Positions 48,943-60,779 of a stretch of DNA of 64,000 nucleotides are shown here, one piece after another. The notes below the pieces were generated by a model. That model made no database searches. It saw only the letters and a program-made list of their open reading frames with translations, and was not told the origin of the DNA. The position numbers and the translations under genes were made by a program. This DNA comes from Chiloscyllium plagiosum (lineage: Eukaryota), in contig NC_057718.1 in the NCBI RefSeq assembly GCF_004010195.1, positions 61,968,981 through 62,032,980 of the forward strand. Direction: 5' to 3'. How positions within the stretch are numbered: position 1 is the first letter of the stretch; each line of letters starts with the position of its first letter.

Positions 48943-50559
48943 GTACCAAGGTATTTTGTAAATAAGATGGTGCCATAAGTGGCGACACTGTAAACTTTTC
49001 ACTGTACTTCTGTAACAAAGCGAATTCTAATTCTTCAAAGATATTTCTTCTGTGAAATTTGATCCCTTCAAGGACTCAAGAGTCAAACTCGAGTTTCCAC
49101 TTAGCCCAAAACTCACCAAAAGTTACATGGCTGTGCTAAAACATCTGAGCTCCTTCAAACAGATGCTGCAGAAAATTCCATTTAACAAAACATAACTGAT
49201 ACTTAAGATGAGAAAAGGGTGCAAGGCACTAGGTTCCTGAGCAAAAGCTTTCTTAGAGCTAAACTCTGACACCGAAGAAATTCAGCATCAAAAATCATGA
49301 AGAGAAACTCCAACGTGAACAGAAAGCCCTGTTGGAGACAATGTCACTTGCAGCAGTTGTAAGGTAAATGAGTGGGTGGCTAAATGAGTGCAGATTGTGC
49401 ATTAGTGTTTATACTTCTCTTATTTTACCCTGAAAACAATGTGAAAAAATAAATGTAATTAGATTCCTTTTCTTCCATGTGGTGGGGGTGAATCATGCTC
49501 AGTAGTGTATATAATATTCCTAACTTTCAGGATATGAAATTTTCACTGTGGACTCTTTGAAATTGAATTTTCTTTTTATAAACGTGTTGCAAAAGTGGCT
49601 GACAAGGGTCCGGTGAACTTTGTGTGATTTCAGGACAGATAAAGATTAACTTAGGTCTGAACATGCTCCTGGAAAATCATTAAGATTTAAAAGTTTGCAA
49701 GTAGGAGACCTTCCATGCAAAAAAGCCATCACAATAGGAGACCCCCCATTGTGGAATTTGCAGTCTTGTCTGGCCATGGTCAGAAATTCAAAAATCAGAA
49801 GTCGCCAGACTCAGTGACTGAAAATCTGAACTTAATAAAGAGAGGCGCAGAGAAAGAAATTTATCACAAGAAGCTATCTTTCATCTACTCTCATGTGTTA
49901 ATGGCTACTATTTGTGTGGATAATAGAAGCATTGATCATGTGGTAACATGACTGAGACTGACTTCTGATAATAGATCTTATCACTCCAAGAACCAACCAA
50001 AGACAACAGTCAGGAGACTAACAGTATACAAGAGTGACCATCCTCTACCAAGAAGAAAGCAACCGTGACTAATACGACCAGTCATGCCAGGCATCAGGAA
50101 TAGAGCAAATTGGTCTTCTTGAAAGACTCGTCTCTACATAAACTCAGCCATAACTTTTTTTGGACCCACAGAGACTTCCAACTTCTATTCATCTCCAAAG
50201 AACCTCAAGAAAGGACCTATTCAGGCTTCTAACACAACATCTCACAAAAGGGCACATTCAAACATGGAAACTTTGCTTCTTCTTATTCCTTTAGTGACCT
50301 AAGTGCATAATATGTCTGTAGTTTATCTTTCCCCCCAATATGTGTATGCCTATGTATTTCAGGGAGCAGTGTTTCTATCGTATTGAAATTTTGGGGTGAT
50401 GTGTGTATAGTTTTTTGTCTTTTTACCGGGTTTAATCTTACCAGAGACTGTCTCTTGTTCATTATTAAAAGTCAAAACGCTCAAAGGGTTTTAAAACACT
50501 CCCTTGAAAGCGCACCTCTTCGTATGGACAGATGAGCAGTAAGGAGATTGGGGAAGAGT

Positions 50560-53500
50560 TATCCGACCATCTCTCTCTTCCATCCATAATACACCAATGA
50601 GGACATTGGCAAAGTAGCAGTGCTCTAAACAAGGGCAGAGCATGAAGGCAGCTCTGTTGGACCTTCCTGGTTTTGTCCTCACCCCAATGACACCCGTTTG
50701 GGACAGTACCCTCAGGATCAGGACAGCTACACCACAGGGATGCAGGGACTCCCTCAGTAACAAAACCGTGGATGAATAGACACTTGGTTTATTCGCCATT
50801 CTATAAATCATAAATGGGTTTTAAGATGGCCAGTATTAATGTGTGTCGTATTAAATCTACAACGCGATGAGTTGCTATGTTGGCTTACCTGGCCAAAGTC
50901 AAAGCAGACCTCCTGTTTCTGCAAGAATGCGGGATACTGCACCTCAGCAGCCACAGGAAATGGTCTAACTTGTGGGCCTACGGGCCTTCAAATTAGTTGG
51001 GGGGCAACGATTGCTGTTCCTTCAGCCTGGGTATTCTGCTGTGAGGAGGCAACTTTACCATCTCCAAGGTTAAGGAGGTGGTGAGTAGGCACCTCCTTGT
51101 AAAAATGTTCCCCTGAGACTAATGTGTACATGCCAGTGGTAAAGAGTGAGTGGCTGGCCATCCTCCAGCAGCTCCCACTGCTGCTGACAACGCCTGGGCA
51201 GTCGTTCAGGCCGGACATTTCAAATGGATGATCTGAAGGGGCTGACAGCCATCCACAGGCCATGTCCACATTCCTGATGACAGCAGTTAAAGTTGACAAG
51301 CTGCACGACATCTCCAGCATCCATGCAGATGGAGCGGAGAGTAGGTACACGTAGTCACGGCCAGGCGGGTTGATCCATTCAAGGATAGGTTTCTTGTTTG
51401 TGTCCCGAGTGTTCTCAATCAGATCCACCAATGTCAAGCTGGTTTTCTTCGCTGACCACTGCCTCCTGCTGGCCGAGTGTCACCTACAGGATGACCAGTG
51501 GCCAACAAGGGAACATGGAAGTTGATCCCAGAAGGCATTGAGGAGCTCAATAGGGATTATGTAGGTTGGAGAACCGTGAAGGCCCTCTTTGAGTCTCAAA
51601 CAAACTGTTGAGAAACAGTCAAGGGGAACATCAAAAGGTTCCTTATCCTCAAAAGTGTTCAGAAGGTGAGAGAGAGAGATGGGGCAAACTGACCAAACTC
51701 CAGAAAAGCATGCAGAACCTACATCTGCTGCAGACGATGGGGGTTGATGTCACAGAGGATCTCCAGGAGGTGAGGAGCCAGCAAGCCTCGCCCTCTGCCT
51801 CGGAGGCCTCCGAGATGGAGCAGGATGAGACGTGCTCATGCTTCTTCTTCCAGAAGGTGCACAGGGAGAGCTCTGTGTTCAGCAGCCTGAGGAAAAACGA
51901 GGCTCGGTAACATCATCGCAGACTGACATCCTGAGGATCAGCAAACCCTTTTATACCAGACTGTATGGCACAAAGTCCGCAGACAGGGCAGCCTTCCAAT
52001 CATTCCTGTCTTCTATCACGGAGAGCCAGACGACAGCACGCAAGAGAGGCTAGACCAGCTGCTATCTCTGGCTGATCTGACCATGGTCCTCCTGGAAGCA
52101 ACGGCTTACTGGCCAAGTATTATTTAGGTCTTTGCAACTTGAGTGGTCAGGACCTACTGGAGGTATATGATGTACACTTCTGGCAGGTAGCATGTGCGAT
52201 TCCATGAAGAAAAATATCGTCACCCTCATCCACGAGCAGAAGGAGGAGAAGAAGGAAATTAGAAATAGGCAAACAATTTTATTGCTGAATGCAGATTACA
52301 AAATCCTGATTAAGGTCATTGCCAATGCGTCAGGTCTGCACTAGGATCAGTGAGTCACCCTGACCAAACCTGTGTTTTACTAAGCAGGAAGATCTCTGAT
52401 AGCCTCGTGCTCCTCAGGGATATGGTCACCTCTGTGCAGGGCAGTGGGTTGGACCGGAAGATGGCCTTTGACAGGATATCACAGGTTCACCAAGTCAGGC
52501 TGTGGGAAGGGTTTCTGCAATTGGATCCAACTGCTCTATAGCAACATCATGAGTACAGTTTCAATCAATAGGTGGGAGTTAGAAAGCTTCCCAAATAGGC
52601 CTGGAGTCAGGCAGGGCTGCACACACTCTCCTGCCTTGTCTGTGTGTTGTATACAGCCTTTTGCTGAGGCCATCAGGAAGGATGCAAGTCTGAGAGGGCT
52701 AACTATTCCAGGCAGTGGAGGCATGCAGGTCAAAGTCTCCTTGTACATGGACGACATTGTTTTCTGCTTGTATCCACTGTCAGTGCACAGACTCATGAGA
52801 ACCTGTGACCAGTTCGAATTGGTAAGGTACATCAAGGCAAGAGTGAGGCCATGTTATTTGTGAACTAGCCGACTGCTCCTTTATACCCTTCACTATCAGG
52901 ACAGACTCTCTGAAGGTGCTGGGAATATGGTTTGGAGACACCAGGGTTTGTGTAAAAGCTTGGAATGAGCATATCATGAAGGTGAGGCAGAAACTGGGCT
53001 TTTTGGAGCATTGCTCCCTCATCGTTATGATAAAAACCTGGTCATCCCAGGTATAAGACCCTTTTGGTGTTGTTGTATGTAGCACAGGTCTGGCCTATTC
53101 CCTGAACCTGCACCACTGCAGTCACCCAGGCCATTTTCTATTTCATCTGGAGGTCTAAGATGGACTGGGTCTGAAGGGACATCATGCATAAAGCGCTAAA
53201 CAAGGGTGTGAAAAATGTACCCAATGCCACCCTCATTCTGATGGCCACCTTTGTGGGCAGCTGCATCAAGCTGCATGGAGATCCTCAGTACGCAAACACC
53301 AAATGTCACTATGAACTGAGGTTCTATCTGTCCCCTGTACTGAGAAGGATGGGACTGGCCGCATTTCTACAGAATGCTACAAGTAGTTGGACCATTCCGT
53401 ATCACCTGTCCTTTGTGGAAAAATTTGTGAAAGGAAACACATTTGACCACAAGGGAGAAAGTGAGGACTGCAGATGCTGGAGATCAGAGTCAAGAGTGTG

Positions 53501-54422
53501 GTGCTGGAAAAGCACAGCAGGTCAGGCAGCATCCGAGGAGCAGGAGAATCATCGTTTCACGTATAAGCTGAAGAGCTGTCTGACCCGCTGCGCTTTTCCA
53601 GCACCACACTCTTCGATCTTTGACCACAAATCCATCAGACAGCGGTCAGCTCCTAGCATCCTCAAGACCATACAGGAAAAGGTTCCCAGAGCAGACTGTC
53701 AAAGTCATTTGACAGAACGCCTCATCACCCGAACTTTCCAACCAGCACTAGGGTATCGCTTGGTTGGTGGTGAGAAGGGCACTATCTGTGAAATCCTTCT
53801 TATACATCCTCTTTGTATGTCTGAGCCTCTACACGCTGCTCTCGAAGCATTGGCACTGACTGTTACACATCTCCTGCTGTGTGTCTGTGCAAAGGCAGTC
53901 TGGAGAAAGAGGCAGTGGTTTTTGTCGAGGTTCATCCCGAGCAGCTCTGGGGATTCTGTGCTGTACGGTCTGTTCCCCAGGAAGGAAACAGAGACAAACA
54001 TTGACTGCTGCTGGAGGACCATCACCTCAGTGAGAGATGCTGTTCGGTTTGCATGAAACTTGTCGGTCTTCCAGAGCAAGTGCTGCAGACTGCCTCATTC
54101 CAAGGTCCAGGACTATGTGCTGAGAGACACACTAACGGTGCGGCCAAGGCGTGGTGGGAAAAGACCACAGTCTTGGGTCTTTCTGCCAAAGTGCAATGGG
54201 GGTCCATTCAGTTCTCAGGCTCTCCTGGTGCCTCAAATACATGTAAATAGTATCTCCCATAATTAAGAAATGCCTTTGGGTCTGTAACAACTATACAGAG
54301 TCAAACCCCAATGTCTGTTGGTTGTGCATATTCAAAGACTGTACAGAACCAAACTGCTTTAGTTAGTGTGTATGTACATAAAGATATTTTAATGAATAAA
54401 GTATATTTTTGCAATAAAAAAT
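50560..54422 (+). mobile_element. Tx1-like non-LTR retrotransposon, decayed ORF2 (EN-RT-CCHC) with polyA end
   Basis: MASINV..IKSTTR..LAYLAKVKADLLFLQECG (APE, ~50827), GVRQGC..SP..CCIQPFAEAIRKD..VKVSLYMDD (RT), VTHLL..C..AKAVW; aataaagtatattttgcaataaaaaa end. Confidence 0.9.
53453..53618 (-). mobile_element. Small fold-back Penelope pLTR insertion within the Tx1 element
   Basis: 11-bp TSD tttgaccacaa at 53442-53452 and 53619-53629. Confidence 0.9.
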
Positions 54423-56994
54423 CAAACAGCTGTGTATATACTATGTTTCCATGATAAAGACATATGAAGAAAGTAATGTAATATGATTGGTATAGTAAGC
54501 TATTTGATCTCCTCCATCATGGATAGCCAATATTATCATGTAGTGACTATTTGACATAAAGGCAGATTTCTGAGGAATCCTTGGTGGTGCAGACTCAATG
54601 GGCTGAAGGGTCTCTTTAGTACTGTATGATTCTGTGAAGGTCCAGACCATTAAACATTGCTAACTTGGAGCACTTCCTTCCACAACTCCACGATGTACAA
54701 AAATAGTTGAAGGTTCCATTTGTGTTTAGCTTGTTTCCAACCATCATCTCCTGACAAAACAAATCAATGCTCACTCTCAAAGTAGCTATCATGATGCTTT
54801 TAATATTAAGACCATGCACCAACCTCTAATATTTATTCAATAAACCTGGACACTCAAGACTGCCTACTGAAGCTGGGATTCATGATAGCCCTGTGATACT
54901 TAGCATACCCAATGCAATGAGATACACATGTCTACCAGACAAATTGTAAAACAGATCATTGCTGTGTTGAAGTGGCACGCCAAATGTCTAACCAACTTTG
55001 AGGACTTCTGAAACATAACTGGGCTGAGGTGTCGAAAGTGTTGACAAACATTTGCATGCTACACATTTTTTGTTTTACAGAGAAAATCATGACGGCAGGA
55101 AAATAAGGCCCAGATGCAACGAAAAGTCAACAGGAGGAAAGGGAGACACTGAAGAGTTACGGAAGAGAACTTGATGCTAGTTCTCAGTTTTTCATCACAT
55201 TCTAATAAATGCGATGTTGTGTGAGATGCTGCAATGGCTGGTTGCAGTAAGGCCTTATTCACCTTCCTATAACATACCTGGAGAAAGTGAGAAACAAGGT
55301 GTCATAATGATGCCCTGACAAGCAATCTTCATCAATAACTCTCAAGACAACTCAGAAGCTAAATATTCAGTTTATACTTTATTGCCACTAAATAATTCAC
55401 AGAATAGGATAAGACAAGACTGATCTGCCAACCATGAACTGATAGTAGCTCTATTTTCCCCTTCTTTAGAATCCTCTGCAATCTCCCATCTAAGAACGTT
55501 TAGGACTTACCACTTTTTTGAAATTAGAAATCAAATCTTACAAGATGTTGAATAGATTGCACCCTTGGGAGAGTGGCTGGCCTACTAAGGTCATACAGCC
55601 TTTACCTCTGCTCTAAGTGCCTGGGTGTGCAGTCAGTGGCAGCCATTAAAAACATTTCATTTGTAACCTAGGGCAAAATCTTCACAGACCGGAACAACAT
55701 GGGCATTGTTGAGGAAACTCAGACGACAATCGCGTAAGATGGCCAGTGAAGAGCTTACCAAAATTGAGAGCACAGCAGTCCCATTTTCCAAGGGTTGAAT
55801 AGCAGGCGACAATTCTCACCGGTGGGTGGCAATAGCCTTATTTGCATGCATTTTCATGCACTAGCATCTCATTATTATCTAACCTTGCCTCATTCATACG
55901 CAGTTCCCTATTCTTCCACTCATTGGATGGAAGCTAGACAGCACCAATTCCTGAAAAACAGAATGGTATCCTAGTGACTGCAGCTTGCTGCTCGCTCATC
56001 TGGACCTCCATCTTGGAAACCAGATGCCAACATCCCAGGCACACTCCATGGCATGCAAACCCCTTCCATGGTCATTGGCATCCGACATGTACCAGCCTCT
56101 CCACACCTTCAAAGCTAATATCTGATCCACTTACAGGTTGGTTCTGAATGCAATGGCACCTTTCATTGCAATGCTACCACCTGGACTAGAGTCTTGTGTG
56201 TAGGGATAGGCACCTAAAATATGGATTGGACTGGGTACACCTCAGGGATCCTCTCATGCTCTCAGAATGCTCATTCATTTTTGCCAGTTACAGCATCCCT
56301 TCCTAGCCTTAGCCTTTTCGTGCCTTGCTCCCTCAGCCAGAGCTTACATGCTCACAGTATTTCTCTCATGCTGTGTTTTTTGGTGCAGACACAAAGCCAG
56401 ATAACTTGACGTGCTTGCAAGCAATGATCAGTCAAAAGGTGGACACATTCCGACACAATTGCAGCCTAAATGACAAACACATTGCAGTGTATTGATCAAA
56501 TGGTCATGTCACAAAGTGTAAGAGGTTTGGTCCTCAGTCGAATCATGAGAGATACCTTTCAGTCTTAGGATCCAAGCAGCTTGCCTTATCAGTCAGAGTC
56601 AGGGGTTTGGGCACAGTCAATCAGCCACTTGGAGTAGTCAAGCTCAGGGTCATACTTTTACAGTCAGGGAAAGGGGCCATGGTCAGCCCTCAGTATTCAG
56701 TTCAAGAGTCACGGCAAGTTAGCCAAAAACCAAGCTGAGATCTAGCAGGGATCTGGGTCACTCATCAGTTCGCTGTCCATCCAAGTCAGTAAATGGGTTG
56801 GGCCGCGATTAGTCCTGGGGTCCATCCAAAAAAAACCCAGAGGGTGTTATCAGGGTCTCTTCTGCAGAAGAGAAGCAGGGGAACTCAATTGTGGAGACTG
56901 GAGGCAGCGTGCTGGAATATAGAGAAATAACAATCGTAAAAGAGGGGAAAGACGCATGAATGGGCCAGGAAATACGGGCAGGTAGATGGGGTTA

Positions 56995-57132
56995 TTCCTC
57001 TATTCCTGATGAAGGACTTTTGCCTGAAACGTCAATTTTTCTGCTCCTCGGATGCTGCCTGACCTGCTGTACTTTTCCAGCACCACTCTAATCTAGACTC
57101 TGGTTTCCAGCATCTGCAGTCCTTGTTTTTAC
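56995..57132 (+). mobile_element. Solo Penelope pLTR
   Basis: ttcctgatgaaggacttttgcctgaaacgtc...catctgcagtccttgtttttac; TSD caggtagatggg at 56979-56990 and 57133-57144. Confidence 0.85.
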
Positions 57133-58644
57133 CAGGTAGATGGGATTACTTTAGAATGGCAATATCTTTAGCATTGACATGGTGGGTCTGTTCCTGTGCT
57201 ATATTACTCTATGAAATCTATGTAAACAACATATAATGGGGGGAAGACAGAGGGGGGAAAGGGTAATGTTAAGGGGATGGGGGGGTGGTCTCCATTGACA
57301 ATTAGCAACACCCTGACTTGGATGAGGAAACAATAGACTATATCTGTCATGTTGGCCTGGGACTGGTGGGGGAAAAGTGATGAGATGAAGAGTCAGCTAG
57401 ATAGGCTGAATGTAAAGGTGGGGATGTTCAAAGCCAATAGGATTGATGAGGAGGGCTGCTGCCAAGAAAGGAATGTGTACATCTTGGGGGGTTCACCAAG
57501 TGTAAGAGGATGAACCTGAGAGTCACTGTACAGAATGTGACCACATGGTATTGCAAATGGCAAGTGCACAATGGCATTGAAAATGGCTGCACCACAGCAG
57601 AAGTGGGCAAGGTAGGTGCTTCATTCTGTGAGAGGGGAATCTTTGAAGGGCGATAGTATCACACAAATACCTATACAGCACAGCTGAAGGATGTCTGCAA
57701 GCAGCATATGCTTTATGTGAACTTAATGTATGAACCTAATGTGAGAAATGCAGATCCTGATCCTTACGACTGTTGACCACATCATAAAGCATCAGGAGTC
57801 AAGCCAGTAATGTCAGTGATGCAAAGCTAATGCACTGTAGCCTCGAAGAAAATTCTCCCTCATTGATAAAATCGCAAGCACCTCCCAAGTCTCTATCGTT
57901 TACATGTGGTGCTAGAGCTGCTCACTTCATACCTTACACCATCTAAGGATCAATGTAAGGATCCACCTCTTTGTAGTTACAAATTGGATGATATTTACTC
58001 ACACAGTCGACGGTGAAAAGTGAACAAGTATTTCCAAGTGTGATAATGCATTTATAATAAAGTGTGACTGTACCACCTCTATATCTTCAAAAGGCTTTCT
58101 TCTTTCTTTCCCTCCCACTCTTTCTTGGAGCAGTCCTCGGATCTGTAGCTGGTTTGGAGGGAGCTGGCCCTGTGCTGAACTCTGTTGGTGTTTTAGCTGG
58201 GCAAAGCGAGCGTGTTTGAGTCTGGAGAGTGTAGACATATTGAATATATGCTGCCCAAAGGCAGGAACACCGTCCTCAGCTTGAACTCAGATGCAGACTT
58301 GGTGAAAATGGAAGGTCCAGCCACCTCGCGAATGTTTTAAGAGAGAGACTTCTGCAGGATCTCAGTGTATTTCCTCCCCTGGTTAGGTGGCTATTAATAC
58401 AGCCCTGTCTCCATGAGAGGAGTGAGGTCAAGATCCCTCAACCCTCTACCATCTGGCTGTGGTGCTGACTGCCATTGGCTGGAAGTGTGCAAGTGGATCC
58501 AAGAGTCTCTGAGGGTGCCAAACCTGGCTTTCCATGGCAACTGCCAAACAGTCCATGGAGGCGGCCAGACCCTCTCATGCCAGAGGCAGTATGATGCCAA
58601 CAGTGTTGATGTAGCTCTGCAAACATTATGTCTGTTTTCCCAGA

Positions 58645-59637
58645 TGTGGATGTGGACTGGGCTGGACAAGGTCAGAAGTCACATGACACCAGGTTATAGT
58701 CCAACTGGTTTATTTGAAATCCCAACATTTTGGAGTGCTGCCCCTTTGTTAGGTGAAGTGAAGAGAAGCACTCAGGTCCAGAATTTAAAATCAGAGGGAT
58801 CAAAATATCATACAAATGGTGTGTGTGGAGTACCTTCAGGTGGAATAATAGGTCCCTGCAGGTGACCAAGTGTATATTGGTGAGACCATGCAGACACTAT
58901 GACAACGAATGAAAGGACATCGTGCAACAATCACCAGATAGAAATGTTCCCTCCCAGTTGAGGAACACTTCAGTGGTCAAGGACATTCAGCCTCCAATTT
59001 TCAGGAAAGCGTCCTCCAAGGTGGCCTTCGAGATATGCAACAATGCAGAATCACTGAGCAGAAACTGATAGCCAAGTTCCATACCCATGAAGACAGCCTC
59101 AACTGTGATCTTGGGTTCATGTCCACGCTACATGTGACCCCACTATACTGGACTGTATCTGTAAATTCTTCCTTACTGTCCTATTCTGACACTACCACCT
59201 CAATAACTTGGTATAATTTCCCTAGCTTCATTAGTTTGTACAGTTTTGGATTACTTGTTACTTTGGTTAGACCCTCAGCATGCAACTCATCATTTGATTT
59301 GTCTCCGGCATCACTTTATTTTTAAATATTTGTAATTATCTCTCTGCCTCAATTAATCAGATCATAGGTCATCCCTTCATGTGTTATTCTGCTGTTGACA
59401 CTTTATTCACACCGTTTGACGCTCTTGATCACCTGCAGAACCTATTATTTGCCTTGAAGATACTCCACTCACCATTTGTATGATCTTTTGATCTCTCTGA
59501 TTATAAATTTTATGTCTGAGTGTTTCTCTTCACTTCAGCTGATGAAGAGGCAGCACTCAGGAAGGTTGTGACTTTAAGTAAACCTGTTGAGACTATAACC
59601 TGGCATCATGTGATTTCTGATTCTGTATGCCCAGTGC
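58645..59637 (+). mobile_element. Penelope-like element of a second family (GIY-YIG) with inverted termini
   Basis: VYIGETMQTL*QRMKGHR...PVEEHF...ITEQKLIAKFHTHEDSLNCDLGFMS; termini agaagtcacatgacaccaggttatagtc / gactataacctggcatcatgtgatttct. Confidence 0.85.
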
Positions 59638-59939
59638 TTCAGACAAACCTGCCTGCTACTCCTTGCCTGCTTGTGCACCTTGATGGAGTTATTAACCACC
59701 AATATGACTGGGCGAGAAGGTGCCTGATCTCCAGAAGTCCACAGATTTCCAGCAACCTGGGATGTTTCTTTTTCATTGTGAAGATGTGCCAGTGATGTGT
59801 TCACCAGCCCCCCGGACCTAGTCTTGTACTTTCACTGGCAATTGTGCGCTTTTGGCATGCAGAAGGTATAATGCAGTTCATTATATACTGTTACTCTAGG
59901 GAAAATACCTTTACCTTTACTATTAGTAAAGAAAATAGA

Positions 59940-60530
59940 AGCCATGGCCAGCATTGACAACAGCAGTCTAATGTAATAGAACAGCTTATCTATCTCACTG
60001 ACATTATCTGAAACAATGCTCCTGTCAACATGGACATAAACAATTGATTGTCCAAAGCCAAAAGTCTTTTTGGTCATGTCTCAATGTGTGTCTGACAAAA
60101 CCTCTAGGTAAACTGAAACATTGAGAGTGATTGACATTACTAACTTCATGTAGGAGTCAGAAATATGGATGTTGCACTAAAAACAAATGTAATTGTTGGA
60201 GCCTTCCATCAGTATTTCCCTCAATTTCTTCGGCATCAGGGCTACATCACAAGCACTGATGTCCTTAACAGAGCCAATCTGTCCGGCATTTACTGCGTTC
60301 TCTTACAGTGGCAGTTGCATACAGCAGGTGTTGGAGGATTCCAGAATCAGTGCTGCGTGGTGAATTCTATACCAGTAAGCACGATTGAAGTGCACCTCAC
60401 AAAAGCTTCAAAGGCAAACTAAAAAGAAAATGCTCTCTATCTGAATGTTGGAGCAGGATACTGCTGATAGAGACAAATATTACATAAAAGCCAGAAAGGC
60501 AAAAATAGGCTTAAAACAAAGAGGTACATG
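59940..60530 (+). mobile_element. RTE-clade LINE relic (RT C-terminal region)
   Basis: FHQ...YITSTDVLNRANLSGI..LLQWQL..AG and ..IYL..II..N....DINN.LSKA...FG motifs. Confidence 0.65.
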
Positions 60531-60547
60531 GTTGCTAAAGAAAGATG

Positions 60548-60779
60548 AAGTCAAAACGTGTGGTGCTGGAAAAGTACAGCAGGTCAAGCAGCATCCGAAC
60601 AGCAGCAGAATCGATGTTTCGGGCATAAGCCCTTAATCATCTTCTCATTCCTGATGAAGGGCTTATGCCCAAAACGTTGACTCTCCTGCTCCTCGGATGC
60701 TGCCTGATCTGCTGTGCTTTCCCAGCACCACCTTTTTTGACTCTGACTCTCCAGCACCTGCAGCCCTCACTTTCTCCTA
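60548..60779. mobile_element. Fold-back Penelope pLTR insertion
   Basis: 17-bp TSD gttgctaaagaaagatg at 60531-60547 and 60780-60796; arms 60550-60634 and 60650-60742 are reverse complements. Confidence 0.92.

Larger units (their letters stand above)
55671..59840. mobile_element. Decayed Harbinger-like element, copy 2 (opposite orientation to copy 1)
   Basis: Starts gggcaaaatctt. Subterminal homology to rc of 4600-4790. Minus-strand Myb-gene last-exon relic ends APRKSGRERKKKAF* (stop 58087-58089). rc gctggtgaacacatcac at ~59800 matches gctggtgagtacatcac at ~1712. Confidence 0.65.

Noticed and set aside
49050..50500. Possible LTR-like sequence
   Set aside because: Composition is suggestive but I found no convincing termini or TSD
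53184..54056. 290-aa ORF as a host gene
   Set aside because: Tx1-like ORF2 C-terminal relic with an embedded Penelope insertion
55059..55277. Terminal coding exon on the minus strand (VCYRKVNKALLQ...)
   Set aside because: The ctccag|gtatgt site is ambiguous between acceptor and donor, and the peptide is unrecognisable; not supportable
59640..59830. Initially read as an inverted RTE fragment
   Set aside because: Better explained as continuation of the Harbinger-like Myb exon (matches ~1700-1800)
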